From Clostridia bacterium (GTDB lineage: Bacteria > Bacillota > Clostridia > Oscillospirales > CAG-272): DNA of 64,000 nt. Shown piece after piece: positions 45,252-55,389 of this stretch. The notes below the pieces were generated by a model. That model was not told the DNA's origin and did no database searches. It saw only the letters and a list, made by a program, of their open reading frames with translations. Position 1 is the first letter of the stretch. Every line of letters begins with the position of its first letter. The DNA is taken from NCBI GenBank assembly GCA_017446155.1, contig JAFSRI010000053.1, positions 78,018-142,017 of the forward strand. The letters are read 5' to 3'. The position numbers and the translations under genes are program-made.

Positions 45252-47174
45252 TCAATAGAACATATCGCCTGCTTCGCCCGTCATCGTTTTTGAAACAGAC
45301 ACGGCGGAAGCTGATATTGCGACGGTGATCCAAAAATAAAGGAATATGCGGTAATTATACCAGACGTAGTCTGTAAAGCCCATAAGCAGAAATGCAACAA
45401 GCCCGCAGAAAACGCCTATCACCATTACTCTGTTGCGTTTGAGCGTTGAATTTGCAATTTGCGAAACGTTCATTTGAACGAGAACGAAAACGAACACGGC
45501 AAACGTTATAATTCCCACAATACCGAGCTCGGTTGTAATTTGCAGGTACAAGCTGTGCGAATGAGGCGCGGCTTCGATCCCGCGGAGCGCGAACGTCGGA
45601 TATACTGCCGAGAACGCCTGCTCGCCTATGCCTATTCCGCCTGCAAAAACTTCCCGCAACATTTTAAGCGTTCCTCGCCAGATGTTTATTCTGTAAGTTG
45701 ACGACGTGTCGGACGCCGTAAAGATGCTTGTTATCCTTGAAATCACGCTTCCCGAGGCGAACGTCATACCGAGGAAAGCCGCGGGGAAGAACAATATTCC
45801 TGCGGAGAGAAAATGACGGCTTATAAGCAACAAAAACAGCACCGCCGATACGGCAAATCCGAGCCATGCTCCGCGCGACCACGTCAGCAACAGACAGAAT
45901 GTGTCGGCAGCTGCGGCAAACGCAAAAAATAAACTTTTGAATTTGTTTTTTGACGCTATCGCCGCCGCCACCGTTATGGGAATTACGATTATAAGAAATT
46001 CACCGAGCACGTTCGGGTTTTCAAATGTTGATACTACTCGCCCCTTTATATCTCCGAAAGCGGATATGTCTTGCCATACTGTTGACGGGGAACCGAAATA
46101 GTTTTCGAAAATCCCAATCGCCGACACGGCAAAACCTGATATTGCCATGGCGTTAACGCATTTTCCGAGCAGTTTTTCGGATCTTATAAGATTCTTTATT
46201 ATGAAGTATGCGAGCATAAAGCATACCATAACGAGCATTTTTTCAACGCTTGACGACGCCTTGGAGATTATGCCGCCGAAAACGGTCAGCACGAGAAAGA
46301 ACAGTATCGGAACGTCGATGAGAGTAAGGCGGATGACGCGCTTGCCGCTGATTATCTTAAAGAAAAACGAAAGCGCGGTTAAAGCTATGATGGCAACGAG
46401 CATCATAGTCGGCAAAAACGGCAGCGCCAAACAAACGAATATCACCGCCGACTCGGGCGAGGAGATCGTCATGGCTACCGCGATGACCGCCGCTATCGTT
46501 ACCACTATTTTAAACGGACTTACAACGATCGACAAAAGCCCCAGCGCCATACCTAATACAAACGAAACGCTCACTCCGGCGCTTGCCTGTCTTGCCGCGG
46601 CGTTTTCTATTTCACCGGGACGGAAGTTGAATATATCAAACAGCACGAACCGCATTATTTTGCTTTCCGAAACGCACTGAGCAAGGCTTTTCCTCGAAAG
46701 GAAGAATGCAAACGATACGGCTATAAGCGCTACACCTATTATAATGTCGGTGACATCTGTTTTTTCAATGTCAAACGTGTATTTTTTCAACAGGAAAATT
46801 ACCGTGTCGTAAACACCGACTGAGAACAGAAATACTCCGAATGCAGGCATCGGCAACACGAGCATGCCCTTGAAAAAGTTTTTTATAAACGAGATGAAAA
46901 AGCTGTTTTCTCCGGCAGAGGAGATTTTTCGGCGAACTTTTCTCGATTTGTCGTTTTCGTCATAGTTTCGTTCGCCGAACGAGTGACCGATAGCGGAGTC
47001 TGCCGCCCAAGCGGAAACGGCGTCGTAGGACGTGAAGATCTTAGCGAAAATGCTTTTTGATACGGCGTTATATATAAACGCCGAAAATTTTGAAATGCCG
47101 TATATTACGGCGCTCTTTTTGAACGTTCTTGACAACTTGCTCCAAAAGGAAGATTTTGTTTTTTTCTTTTTCAA
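45252..47174 (-). CDS. O-antigen ligase/polymerase (Wzy_C)-like polytopic membrane protein
   Basis: 640 aa with more than 12 TM helices and a Wzy_C-like loop region (WSRGAWLGF). Confidence 0.65.
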   Translation of the reverse strand: MKKKKTKSSFWSKLSRTFKKSAVIYGISKFSAFIYNAVSKSIFAKIFTSYDAVSAWAADSAIGHSFGERNYDENDKSRKVRRKISSAGENSFFISFIKNFFKGMLVLPMPAFGVFLFSVGVYDTVIFLLKKYTFDIEKTDVTDIIIGVALIAVSFAFFLSRKSLAQCVSESKIMRFVLFDIFNFRPGEIENAAARQASAGVSVSFVLGMALGLLSIVVSPFKIVVTIAAVIAVAMTISSPESAVIFVCLALPFLPTMMLVAIIALTALSFFFKIISGKRVIRLTLIDVPILFFLVLTVFGGIISKASSSVEKMLVMVCFMLAYFIIKNLIRSEKLLGKCVNAMAISGFAVSAIGIFENYFGSPSTVWQDISAFGDIKGRVVSTFENPNVLGEFLIIVIPITVAAAIASKNKFKSLFFAFAAAADTFCLLLTWSRGAWLGFAVSAVLFLLLISRHFLSAGILFFPAAFLGMTFASGSVISRITSIFTASDTSSTYRINIWRGTLKMLREVFAGGIGIGEQAFSAVYPTFALRGIEAAPHSHSLYLQITTELGIVGIITFAVFVFVLVQMNVSQIANSTLKRNRVMVIGVFCGLVAFLLMGFTDYVWYNYRIFLYFWITVAISASAVSVSKTMTGEAGDMFY

Positions 47175-47178
47175 GCTC

Positions 47179-48717
47179 TTACACCTCCTTTTTCTGTTTC
47201 TTCGGCAATAAGCCGAAAATCTTTATACAAATATAATATAACACACATTCACCCGAAAAGACAATAGCGCAAACGAGAAAATTTTGAAATGTTGAAAGAT
47301 TTGCCGCGTCTTTTTTTAATAAAACCGACAGAACGGCGCCCAAAACGGCTGGCAGCGCGGCTGAAACCGCACCGAAAAATATCTTTTTTATGTCTGATTT
47401 GCAAATAAATCCGGTTATGTTTATCATAGCAAACACTATCGACACACCCGCCGCCGCCCATTGACCGATACAGAACGAAACAGCGATACCGTCTATTCCG
47501 GCATCGAGCAAAAATCGTGACGCGGCGCAACAGGCGAAGAACACGCACACTCCGCCGACAGACGCTATCATTGAAAATTTTGCGGTTTTTTTGGAATAAA
47601 ACACACGTGAAAGCAGCTCTGTTATGCAATATGCGGGAGTTGACCACGCGAGTATCGACAGTGTTTTTCCGCACGCGTCGGCAAGCTCACGCGAAAAATT
47701 TCCGCGCAGGTAAAGCAGACATATGACGTTATCTCCCAAAAGCCACAGCCCGACCGTGACGGGAAGCGATAGCAGCAACGCCGCTTTTATTCCTCCTCGT
47801 GCGGCTTCGATAAACGTTTGCTCGTCCTCAGCCACCGCCGATAATTTCGGAAAAATGAAATTGCATACGCCGTATGTCAAAACCCCCGACGCAATAAGCC
47901 AGACTGAGATGGAATAATCGAAAACGGCGACGGAAGCGTCGGATACAAACGACGCAAAAAAGTTGGTGATAAGCGTCGAGGCGGGCATAAGCCAAGCGCC
48001 GACAATGACGGCGGGCGACATTTTCAACGCGTCGAAAACCCCGGCCTTTTTAAATTGGAAAGAGAATCCTGGCATCAAGCGCTTTCTTATAAGCGGCACG
48101 GTCAGTGTTGCAAACTGCAAAAACCACGAAAGCACATATGTCGCCGCGAGCAGTTTGATACCGGTTTTGTCGGCAATATCTCCGTAGAACAAAAGAAACG
48201 CGATTATCACAACGTTTGAAAGAAGGCTGATTATCGACGGGAAAATGAAACTGTCGTGCGATTGCAAAATTCCGACAAGCACATATGCCGCCGCGGTGAA
48301 TATCATCATCGGGAACATTATCGAGAGCAGTTGTGCCGCAAGGGATGACGCTTCGTCTGAGAGCATCGGGGCAAAAACCGAGATGAGTTGCCTTGATAAT
48401 ACGGCGCCGACAGCGGCGAGAGCCGCGGTTAAGACAACCGTAAACGTTAAAAATGACGACGAAAACCCGCGCGCCTCGTCCTCAGAGTGCTTTTTAAGCC
48501 GCCCGTAGAACGGAATAAAGCAGGCGAGTATCGCCGCCGAAAAAAGTATATCGAAAACAGAGAGGGTGATTTTTGACGCAGAGGCAAAGGCGACGGCGTA
48601 GATGCTGTCACCGAGCTTAGACGCGAATATTATCTGCCTTGCCATTCCGAGAAGCTTTGAGAAAAGCGTGGCGATTATCATCGCTGAAACCGTCTTTGCC
48701 GCACTGCGTTCTTTCAT
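47179..48717 (-). CDS. murJ: lipid II flippase MurJ (MviN family)
   Basis: 512 aa, 14-TM MOP-family pattern. N-terminal FSKLLGMARQIIFASKLG. Confidence 0.8.
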   Translation of the reverse strand: MKERSAAKTVSAMIIATLFSKLLGMARQIIFASKLGDSIYAVAFASASKITLSVFDILFSAAILACFIPFYGRLKKHSEDEARGFSSSFLTFTVVLTAALAAVGAVLSRQLISVFAPMLSDEASSLAAQLLSIMFPMMIFTAAAYVLVGILQSHDSFIFPSIISLLSNVVIIAFLLFYGDIADKTGIKLLAATYVLSWFLQFATLTVPLIRKRLMPGFSFQFKKAGVFDALKMSPAVIVGAWLMPASTLITNFFASFVSDASVAVFDYSISVWLIASGVLTYGVCNFIFPKLSAVAEDEQTFIEAARGGIKAALLLSLPVTVGLWLLGDNVICLLYLRGNFSRELADACGKTLSILAWSTPAYCITELLSRVFYSKKTAKFSMIASVGGVCVFFACCAASRFLLDAGIDGIAVSFCIGQWAAAGVSIVFAMINITGFICKSDIKKIFFGAVSAALPAVLGAVLSVLLKKDAANLSTFQNFLVCAIVFSGECVLYYICIKIFGLLPKKQKKEV

Positions 48718-49422
48718 TCAATTCTCCTTTTTATCGTCTAAAAGATCGGGACGTTTTTCTTTCGTCCGTATAAGCGATTGCTCTTTGCGCCATGCCAGTA
48801 TATTTGCATGATGGCCGCTTAGCAATATATCGGGTACGAGTCGTCCGCGAAAATCATAAGGGCGGGTATATTGCGGATATTCGAGAAGTCCGTCCGAAAG
48901 ACTCTCGTCCTCATAGCATTCGGCGGATGAAAGCACCCCGTCTATCATGCGGCTTACACAGTCCGTAAGTATGCACGCGGGCAGTTCTCCTCCCGTCAAA
49001 ACGTAATCGCCTATCGAAATTTCTTCGTCAACTATTTCCTCGATTATTCTTTCGTCAACGCCCTCATAATGCCCGCAGAGTATTACGAGGTTGTCATAAT
49101 TTTCGGCAAGTTCTTTTGCTCGCGCCTGCGTCAGCACCTTGCCTTGCGGCGACATATATATTACGCGGCGCTTTTGGCAAGCGTTTACCTCGGGCGAAGT
49201 TATCGCCGCAAAGCAATCGTATATCGGCACCGCCGACATCACCATGCCCATGCCTCCGCCGTAGGGAGTGTCGTCGACGCGGCGGTGTTTATCCTTTGAA
49301 TAATCTCTTATATTATGCACGTTTATCTCTATTATACCCGCTTTTTCGGCTCTTCCCACAATGCTTTCCGAAAGCACCGTCCTTACCAGCCCGTCAAAGA
49401 GAGTCATTATGTCAAAGCGCAT
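48718..49422 (-). CDS. trmD: tRNA (guanine37-N1)-methyltransferase
   Basis: Full-length TrmD-like sequence (MRFDIMTLF..., [10 protein letters not shown]). Confidence 0.95.
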   Translation of the reverse strand: MRFDIMTLFDGLVRTVLSESIVGRAEKAGIIEINVHNIRDYSKDKHRRVDDTPYGGGMGMVMSAVPIYDCFAAITSPEVNACQKRRVIYMSPQGKVLTQARAKELAENYDNLVILCGHYEGVDERIIEEIVDEEISIGDYVLTGGELPACILTDCVSRMIDGVLSSAECYEDESLSDGLLEYPQYTRPYDFRGRLVPDILLSGHHANILAWRKEQSLIRTKEKRPDLLDDKKEN

Positions 49423-49606
49423 CTTGATTTTCCTTTCGTAAATATACTGTCTTTTTGCCGGTATTCAATGAGTGAAACAAAATGTTTTGTATCTATAATT
49501 ATTAAAACTCAAAAGCCGGTCTTTCGCATATTCGTAATATGCGGACCGATATTACTTTTTGATTTGTTACGGTTTTGAATGATAAATATTTTTATTCCGT
49601 TTTTCG

Positions 49607-50110
49607 TCAATCGAAAAATCCGTCGATGGGTGTTATGAAAATGCCCTTTTCCTCATCTATCTCGCTTATGAATTCTTTTACCGCGGGCATGAGCACATCG
49701 CCGTTTTCGGTCGATATTTCATATATTTCGTTTGGTTCGTATTCAAGCACGTCTTTTAGCTTTCCGTAAACTCTGCCCGTGTTTTTATCTATCACGTCAA
49801 GCCCGATAAGGTCGCATATGAAATGCTTATCTTTCGGCTTTTTTATCTCGTTGCGATGCGCATATATTATCTTATTTTTATACTTTGCCGCTTCCTCAAC
49901 CGTGTTTATCCCCTCGAATTTGATAAGAGGAAACTGACCGCCGACTCTGACCGATACGGGGATAAGCTCCCCCGTGCCTTCGCCGAGATAAAAATGTTTT
50001 ATGCCTTTAAGCACTTGCGGAGTGTCGCACCATGCGTCTATTTTCATTTCGCCGAAAACGCCGTGCGTGTTTATTATTTTTCCTATTTCAAGATATTGTT
50101 TCTTTTCCAT
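49607..50110 (-). CDS. rimM: 16S rRNA processing protein RimM
   Basis: 167 aa. GKIINTHGVFGEMK N-terminal barrel plus a PRC-barrel C-terminus. Confidence 0.9.
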   Translation of the reverse strand: MEKKQYLEIGKIINTHGVFGEMKIDAWCDTPQVLKGIKHFYLGEGTGELIPVSVRVGGQFPLIKFEGINTVEEAAKYKNKIIYAHRNEIKKPKDKHFICDLIGLDVIDKNTGRVYGKLKDVLEYEPNEIYEISTENGDVLMPAVKEFISEIDEEKGIFITPIDGFFD

Positions 50111-50394
50111 TACGTTTACCGTTCCTTAATTATTAAAGCGAACGCGGTATCTACCGCCGCCAAGCACCGTTGCGTATATATTATAATACATCCTCCCATA
50201 AAATAACAAGAGAAAACTCAAAACAATCATAAAAATATAGTTTTGAAAACCATATCGAAAATCATAATTAAAAATCAATTCGGAATTTCAATAAAAATTT
50301 TTATTTGTATTTACCGACCGAATAAAAGAAATAATTGAAAAAGCGAAAAACGGAAGTTAGTAAAATTGATAAAAGCGTAAGTTTGCCGCAAACG

Positions 50395-50431
50395 AAAAAA
50401 CACCTCGGGAAGCTCATGCGGCTTTCCGAGG
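50395..50431 (-). terminator. intrinsic terminator after rpsU
   Basis: 11-bp stem, 50403-50413/50421-50431, with one mismatch. U-run on the minus strand. Confidence 0.7.
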
Positions 50432-50450
50432 CAACGGGAACTTTTGCAGA

Positions 50451-50630
50451 TCAGCTTTTGAATTTGCGCTTTCTTGCAGCTTCCGATTTTTTCTTGCGCT
50501 TAACGCTCGGTTTTTCGTAGTGTTCTTTTTTCTTTACCTCAGCGATCTTACCGTCGCGGGCAACCTGTCTTTTGAATCTGCGAAGAGCGCTGTCAAGCGA
50601 TTCATTTTCTTTAACTCTAACTTCTGCCAT
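50451..50630 (-). CDS. rpsU: 30S ribosomal protein S21
   Basis: [13 protein letters not shown]...[20 protein letters not shown]. The ATG at 50630 has a GGAGGG RBS. Confidence 0.95.
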   Translation of the reverse strand: MAEVRVKENESLDSALRRFKRQVARDGKIAEVKKKEHYEKPSVKRKKKSEAARKRKFKS

Positions 50631-50693
50631 TGTGTGTTTTCCCTCCCCTCGCAGCATGAAAATTTAACGAGTGTTTCATTCACCCTGCATGAT

Positions 50694-50722
50694 ATTATAC
50701 ACATAAAAATTTCCTCTGTCAA
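50694..50722 (-). promoter_or_regulatory. consensus sigma-70 promoter of rpsU
   Basis: Minus strand: TTGACA(50722-50717), 17 nt, TATAAT(50699-50694). Confidence 0.7.
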
Positions 50723-50811
50723 GATGAAATCTTAAAAAAATTGCTAACGCAAAAAAATATTCGGCATAACATAAAGTGAAAAACCAAAATTCCGAGGGGT
50801 ATACATACTTT

Positions 50812-51861
50812 ATGAAAAGCGATAGTTTGAAATATTTTGCGGCGGCAAATTCGCGCCACGGTTTTTACAGTTTGTTCGGGGATGTATTTTCGCCCGAAAA
50901 ATACGATACGCTGTATATCATAAAAGGCGGATCGGGAACGGGGAAGTCTACGATGATGAAAAAAATCGGCGAGGAGGCCGAGAGGCGCGGCATAGACGCG
51001 GAATATGTGTTTTGCTCATCCGACCCGACCTCGCTTGACGGCGTGATAATACCGGCGCGCGGTGCGGCGATAATAGACGGCACGGCACCTCATATGACCG
51101 ACCCGAAATATCCCGGAGCAGTTGAAAGAGTGATAGATCTTTACGGATGCCTTGACACGAAAGCGCTGAAAGAACAGCGGGGCGAAATAATAGAAAAAGG
51201 CAAGACGGCGGCGCGATATACGGCGACCGCATACGGATTTTTGCGTGCGCTGGGCGAAATAGAGGAGGAGAAAGCCGCACTCGTTCTTTCTTGCTATGAC
51301 CGCAAAAAAGCGGCGCGCACGATCGAACGTATCGTAAAAACACTGACAAAAGGCGGTGAAAAGCGGCAACTTTATACGAGCGCGATATGCTCTCTCGGAC
51401 GTGTTTGCTTCGACTCCTACCGAGCTCGTGCAAAAGAAAAAATTTGCGTAGCGGATAAATTCGGGGCGGGGTATGGCTTTATGGCGGATCTGTGCCGCAC
51501 GGCAAAGGAGAACGGAGTGGGGTTTATCGAATTTCTTTCCCCGCTTGATCCATTTAAGACAGAGGCTGTTTATTTTGAAAACGACGGCACCTATGTATAT
51601 ATTTGCGACGCGAAAGATGACAGCGTCAGTGACAAGAAAATAAACGTAATGCGATTTGTTGAAAAAGAAAAACTTGCACATGTAAGGGGCAGGGTGCGCT
51701 TTTGCGAAAAATGCGCCGACGCTGTTTTCGAGGGTGCCGCGGGATGCTTTGCAAGCGCACGCGTTTGCCACGCCGAAACCGAAAAAATCTATGGTGCGGC
51801 AATGGATTTTTCAATCGTAGACAAGACGAGGGAAATCTTGATAAAAGAGATTTTCGGGTGA
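50812..51861 (+). CDS. P-loop NTPase of unknown function
   Basis: Walker A GGSGTGKST. ATG at 50812 with GAGGGG upstream (long spacer); the track GTG start has no RBS. Confidence 0.6.
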   Translation: MKSDSLKYFAAANSRHGFYSLFGDVFSPEKYDTLYIIKGGSGTGKSTMMKKIGEEAERRGIDAEYVFCSSDPTSLDGVIIPARGAAIIDGTAPHMTDPKYPGAVERVIDLYGCLDTKALKEQRGEIIEKGKTAARYTATAYGFLRALGEIEEEKAALVLSCYDRKKAARTIERIVKTLTKGGEKRQLYTSAICSLGRVCFDSYRARAKEKICVADKFGAGYGFMADLCRTAKENGVGFIEFLSPLDPFKTEAVYFENDGTYVYICDAKDDSVSDKKINVMRFVEKEKLAHVRGRVRFCEKCADAVFEGAAGCFASARVCHAETEKIYGAAMDFSIVDKTREILIKEIFG

Positions 51862-51893
51862 TCGATTTTTGATAGCAAAATATTATTTGATAA

Positions 51894-51926
51894 GCGAAAA
51901 GCACCGCGCGGTGCTTTTCGCTTTTT
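51894..51926 (+). terminator. intrinsic terminator
   Basis: GCGAAAAGCACC-GCGC-GGTGCTTTTCGC, 12 bp perfect, followed by TTTTT. Confidence 0.85.
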
Positions 51927-51986
51927 CTCTTTTTTTCAAAAAATCGCATTGCAAATGTGAACAAATGTAAATAATAAAAATAGTAA

Positions 51987-52015
51987 TTGAATTTTTTGTG
52001 ATATTGTGGTAAAAT
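51987..52015 (+). promoter_or_regulatory. sigma-70-type promoter
   Basis: TTGAAT, 17 nt, TAAAAT with TGg extended -10. Confidence 0.5.
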
Positions 52016-52082
52016 TAACTGTATTGAAATTCATAGGGAAAACATTTTCTCTATTCGGAGTATAAAAACAGGGAGCATTGTG

Positions 52083-53231
52083 ATGAAAAAAGCTGTGAAA
52101 ATAATCTGTGTGGCGGTGGCGGCGGTTATGCTTTTGCTTACTCTTACCTCGTGCGACAAAGCCCCGGGGCTTTACGCATGGTATGGAAAGGTGAACGTCG
52201 ATTATATCCTGACAATAACGACTGACGTGGGCGACGGGGAAATAAGCCGCAACGTTGAGTTTGAAACTTACAGAAATCTTTTCGTTTATTATGCCACGCT
52301 CGTTTCCGACACGGTAGTAAATTCCAACAACGTTGCCAGCTTGACGACAAATCAGCAAAAGACGGCCGTGTTGAAAGAATACACCGAGGACGAGCTTACA
52401 GAATATTATGCGCTCGTCGCCTTAGCGGACAAGCTCGGCGTGGGGCTTACGGATGACGACCTTGCGCGATATAAAAACGATTATGAAGCGCGTGTGGCGG
52501 ACTTTGCCGAAAGGTTGAGCGACGATGACGTAAAGGATTTTAAGGGATCGAAAGAAGACTATGCGAAATATCTATACGATAAACTCATCGACAACCTTCA
52601 TCTCACACCTGAGTATCTTGAATATTCTTACAACAAACACACGCTTGAAAAACGTATAAAACAAAAACTCGTCCCTGACCTTGCCGACTATCTTGAACAA
52701 TGTTATTACCATTATAAACAGGTTTACGTCGAATTTACAAAAGGCGACGACGCAGCCGAGATGAAAGCATATTCGGACATTACCGCGGCGCTTGAAGAGA
52801 TAAATCAAGGTGCCGACTTCGGCGAGGTTGCCGAAAAATATTCCAACAATTCATATTTTGTCGGTGATTTCTATTTCGACACAAGCGGTAGTATTGTTAA
52901 TTCCGCCGACAACAGCTCTGTCGGTTCCGTGAACATAAACGTCGTTCACTCGCTTGAACACGGCGAGCACAGCGGATTGCTTATGGGTGATTCGGACGAA
53001 GAAACCGGTTATTTTGCGATTATCAAGCGCGAGGGATTCGACGAGGATTTCATTTATTCAAATTCCGACACGGCGCTCTCGATGTTCAGGTATTCGTCGG
53101 TCGGCGACAGCGTGCAGAGCGTTTACAGTGCGATATACAACGATTATCTCGCCGCTTACGTCCAGAACACGAGAGTGGAACCATATGACGCAAAGATATA
53201 TAAACTTGTAAAGGTAAATTCCGTATATTGA
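52083..53231 (+). CDS. PrsA/SurA-like lipoprotein (parvulin-type PPIase domain, possibly degenerate)
   Basis: Lipobox LTLTSC. SurA-N-like helical region plus a PpiC-like block (YKQVYVEF...GADFGEVAEKYS). Confidence 0.6.
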   Translation: MKKAVKIICVAVAAVMLLLTLTSCDKAPGLYAWYGKVNVDYILTITTDVGDGEISRNVEFETYRNLFVYYATLVSDTVVNSNNVASLTTNQQKTAVLKEYTEDELTEYYALVALADKLGVGLTDDDLARYKNDYEARVADFAERLSDDDVKDFKGSKEDYAKYLYDKLIDNLHLTPEYLEYSYNKHTLEKRIKQKLVPDLADYLEQCYYHYKQVYVEFTKGDDAAEMKAYSDITAALEEINQGADFGEVAEKYSNNSYFVGDFYFDTSGSIVNSADNSSVGSVNINVVHSLEHGEHSGLLMGDSDEETGYFAIIKREGFDEDFIYSNSDTALSMFRYSSVGDSVQSVYSAIYNDYLAAYVQNTRVEPYDAKIYKLVKVNSVY

Positions 53232-53247
53232 TTTTTCGGAGGAAATT

Positions 53248-53967
53248 ATGAAAGTATCGGTTGTTATCCCGATGTATAACGAAAGCTCTATTATTGACGA
53301 AGCCATAAAGACTTTTTCGGGATATTTAAAAGAAAATTTTGAAGATTGGGAGCTGATATTCGTTACCGACGGCTCGACCGACGGTTGCGATAAAAGCGTG
53401 GTTGCGGCGTCGGAAACAGAGCCGCGCATAAAGCTCGCCGGGTATGATGTCAATCGCGGAAAAGGCTGTGCTGTGAGAACGGGAATGCTTGAAGCCGAGG
53501 GGGATATAATTCTGTTTACCGACTGCGACAACGCATACGGCGAGGAAGCCGTTGGGCGGATGATAAGAATGTTTGACGAAACAGACGCCGACATTATAAT
53601 CGGTTCGCGCAACCTGACAAAAGACGGCTATGAAGATTACACGTTTATAAGACGGCTGGCGTCGAAAACTTATATTAAAATATTGCAGATAGCGGCGGGG
53701 TTCAAACTTTCCGATTCGCAGAGCGGTATCAAGGCGTTCCGCCGTGAAGCGGCGCGCAAGGTTTTCTCGAATTGCGAGGTTGACAGGTTTGCTTTCGATC
53801 TGGAAGCGATCCTCATAGCGCAAAAGGCGGGATTTAAAATAGAAGAGATGCCGGTGAAAATTATAAATCACAGGGAATCGAAGGTCAGGGTTTTAAGAGA
53901 CGCCGTAAAGATGCTGTCGGATTTGAGAAAAATGAAAAAACGCATTAAGAAAATGGAATTGAAATAA
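53248..53967 (+). CDS. family 2 glycosyltransferase (polyprenyl-phosphate sugar synthase-like)
   Basis: VVIPMYNE, DGSTDG and TDCD (DxD) motifs. Confidence 0.8.
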   Translation: MKVSVVIPMYNESSIIDEAIKTFSGYLKENFEDWELIFVTDGSTDGCDKSVVAASETEPRIKLAGYDVNRGKGCAVRTGMLEAEGDIILFTDCDNAYGEEAVGRMIRMFDETDADIIIGSRNLTKDGYEDYTFIRRLASKTYIKILQIAAGFKLSDSQSGIKAFRREAARKVFSNCEVDRFAFDLEAILIAQKAGFKIEEMPVKIINHRESKVRVLRDAVKMLSDLRKMKKRIKKMELK

Positions 53968-53985
53968 AATATATAAAACGGAAAA

Positions 53986-54009
53986 GTTCGCGTGCACCGC
54001 GGACTTTTT
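53986..54009. terminator. intrinsic terminator
   Basis: GTTCGCG-TGCAC-CGCGGAC (one G-U pair) followed by TTTTT. Confidence 0.6.
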
Positions 54010-54329
54010 ATATTAAATACAAATGTATAAAATTGTTTGTGACGCTTTCTTCGGGTAAAGCGCAACATTTATGTTCTGTTGATTAAAAAGTGTTTCTTCG
54101 GTCAAAGCGCATTACCTGTTGTTTATGATCACGAAACATTTTTGAGCAAAATACAAATAATAAGCCGGTGCGCTGAAAAACACAGGTTTTGTCGTTTTGA
54201 TCGTGTGTTGCAATAATTGTTTAAGCACATCGAACGACTGCGCGTCGAGCAAATAAAGCGATGCAAAGACGGTTGTGTGTTTAATTGACGGAAATCGTTA
54301 AAATTTTTGTAAATTTTTCTGAAAATATA

Positions 54330-54358
54330 TTGTAATATATTTTATTCTTTGCTATAAT
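54330..54358 (+). promoter_or_regulatory. sigma-70-type promoter of the MBL-SGNH-RCC1 operon
   Basis: TTGTAA, 17 nt, TATAAT with TGc extended -10. Confidence 0.6.
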
Positions 54359-54401
54359 ACAAATGTATATTTGATAAAACCCGAAAAATCGGAGGAAAAT
54401 C

Positions 54402-55376
54402 ATGGCGCGGAAAAAGAAATACGGCAGGAGAAACGCTCAGAAAAAGTCGCTTAGTTTTGTAATTTACATAATAATAGCTTTACTTTTGGCGGCGGGCTCT
54501 TACTTCGGGTTGACCGAGGGACTTTTCGATATTGGAACTCAGCCGAAAAACGAGGTTGGAACGGTAACCGAGATCGGCGCCGATAATTTCCAACTTCACA
54601 TGATAGACGTCGGGCAAGGCGACGCATATCTTTTGTGTATACCGGACGGCACAAGCGTTAAAACTATGATTATAGACGCGGGAACCTCAAAAGGCCACAA
54701 AGCGTCGATCATAACCGACTATATTTCTTCACTCGGCATAAAAACGATCGATTATATGCTTCTCACCCACCCTCATTCGGATCATATAGGCGCGGCGACG
54801 TCGGTGCTTGCGAAATTCGACGTAAAGAACGCGATAATACCGGATTGTAACTATACTTCATCCGCATGGACAAAGATTCTTGAAAAAATCGATGAGGAAA
54901 ATTCAAACGTTATTTTTCCCGAGGTAGGTCAGAAGATAAAAGTGGGCGACGCCACAGTGCTTTTTCTCGCTCCGTCGGAAAAGTTGCTCAACACAACAAG
55001 CGGCAGCGACTATATCAACAATTACAGCATCGTTTGCAAGGTGACGTACGGCGAGAATTCGTTTATGTTCACGGGCGACGCCTGCACGCAGAGCGAGGCG
55101 GAAATTTTGGCGACGTTTTCCCAAAACGAGCTTAAATGCGACGTTTTGAAACTCGGCCATCACGGGTCGAGCACGTCGTCCTCCGAGGAGTTCCTCCGCG
55201 CCGTCGATCCCGATATTGTACTCATCTCTCTTGCAAAAGATAATTCATACGGTCATCCGCACAAGGAAACGGTAGAAAAGCTCAACAAGCTCGGTCCCAC
55301 CGTTTACAGAACGGACGAGGAGGGAACGGTGATAATCGTTTCCGACGGAAGCAAGGTTTCCCGCTATTCAAAATAA
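54402..55376 (+). CDS. membrane-anchored MBL-fold hydrolase (ComEC C-terminal-domain-like)
   Basis: Basic N-terminus plus a TM helix. HPHSDHIG (HxHxDH), with distal H and D ligands (GHHGS). Confidence 0.75.
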   Translation: MARKKKYGRRNAQKKSLSFVIYIIIALLLAAGSYFGLTEGLFDIGTQPKNEVGTVTEIGADNFQLHMIDVGQGDAYLLCIPDGTSVKTMIIDAGTSKGHKASIITDYISSLGIKTIDYMLLTHPHSDHIGAATSVLAKFDVKNAIIPDCNYTSSAWTKILEKIDEENSNVIFPEVGQKIKVGDATVLFLAPSEKLLNTTSGSDYINNYSIVCKVTYGENSFMFTGDACTQSEAEILATFSQNELKCDVLKLGHHGSSTSSSEEFLRAVDPDIVLISLAKDNSYGHPHKETVEKLNKLGPTVYRTDEEGTVIIVSDGSKVSRYSK

Positions 55377-55389
55377 GGAAATATGATTT

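Noticed and set aside
50111-50811. Origin-of-replication-like strand switch. Genes are mostly on the minus strand to the left of about 50.7 kb and on the plus strand to the right, with AT-rich spacers.
   Set aside because: I saw no DnaA-box clusters (TTATCCACA or its complement) and no dnaA or dnaN. Several plus-strand genes also occur in the left part. This is most likely ordinary divergent transcription.
54044-54120. Two ~31-nt imperfect direct repeats (GCTTTCTTCGGGTAAAGCGCAAC... and GTGTTTCTTCGGTCAAAGCGCATT...) downstream of the GT2 terminator.
   Set aside because: They are short, only about 75 percent identical, and the hairpin possible in copy 1 is not maintained in copy 2. The evidence is insufficient for a functional call.
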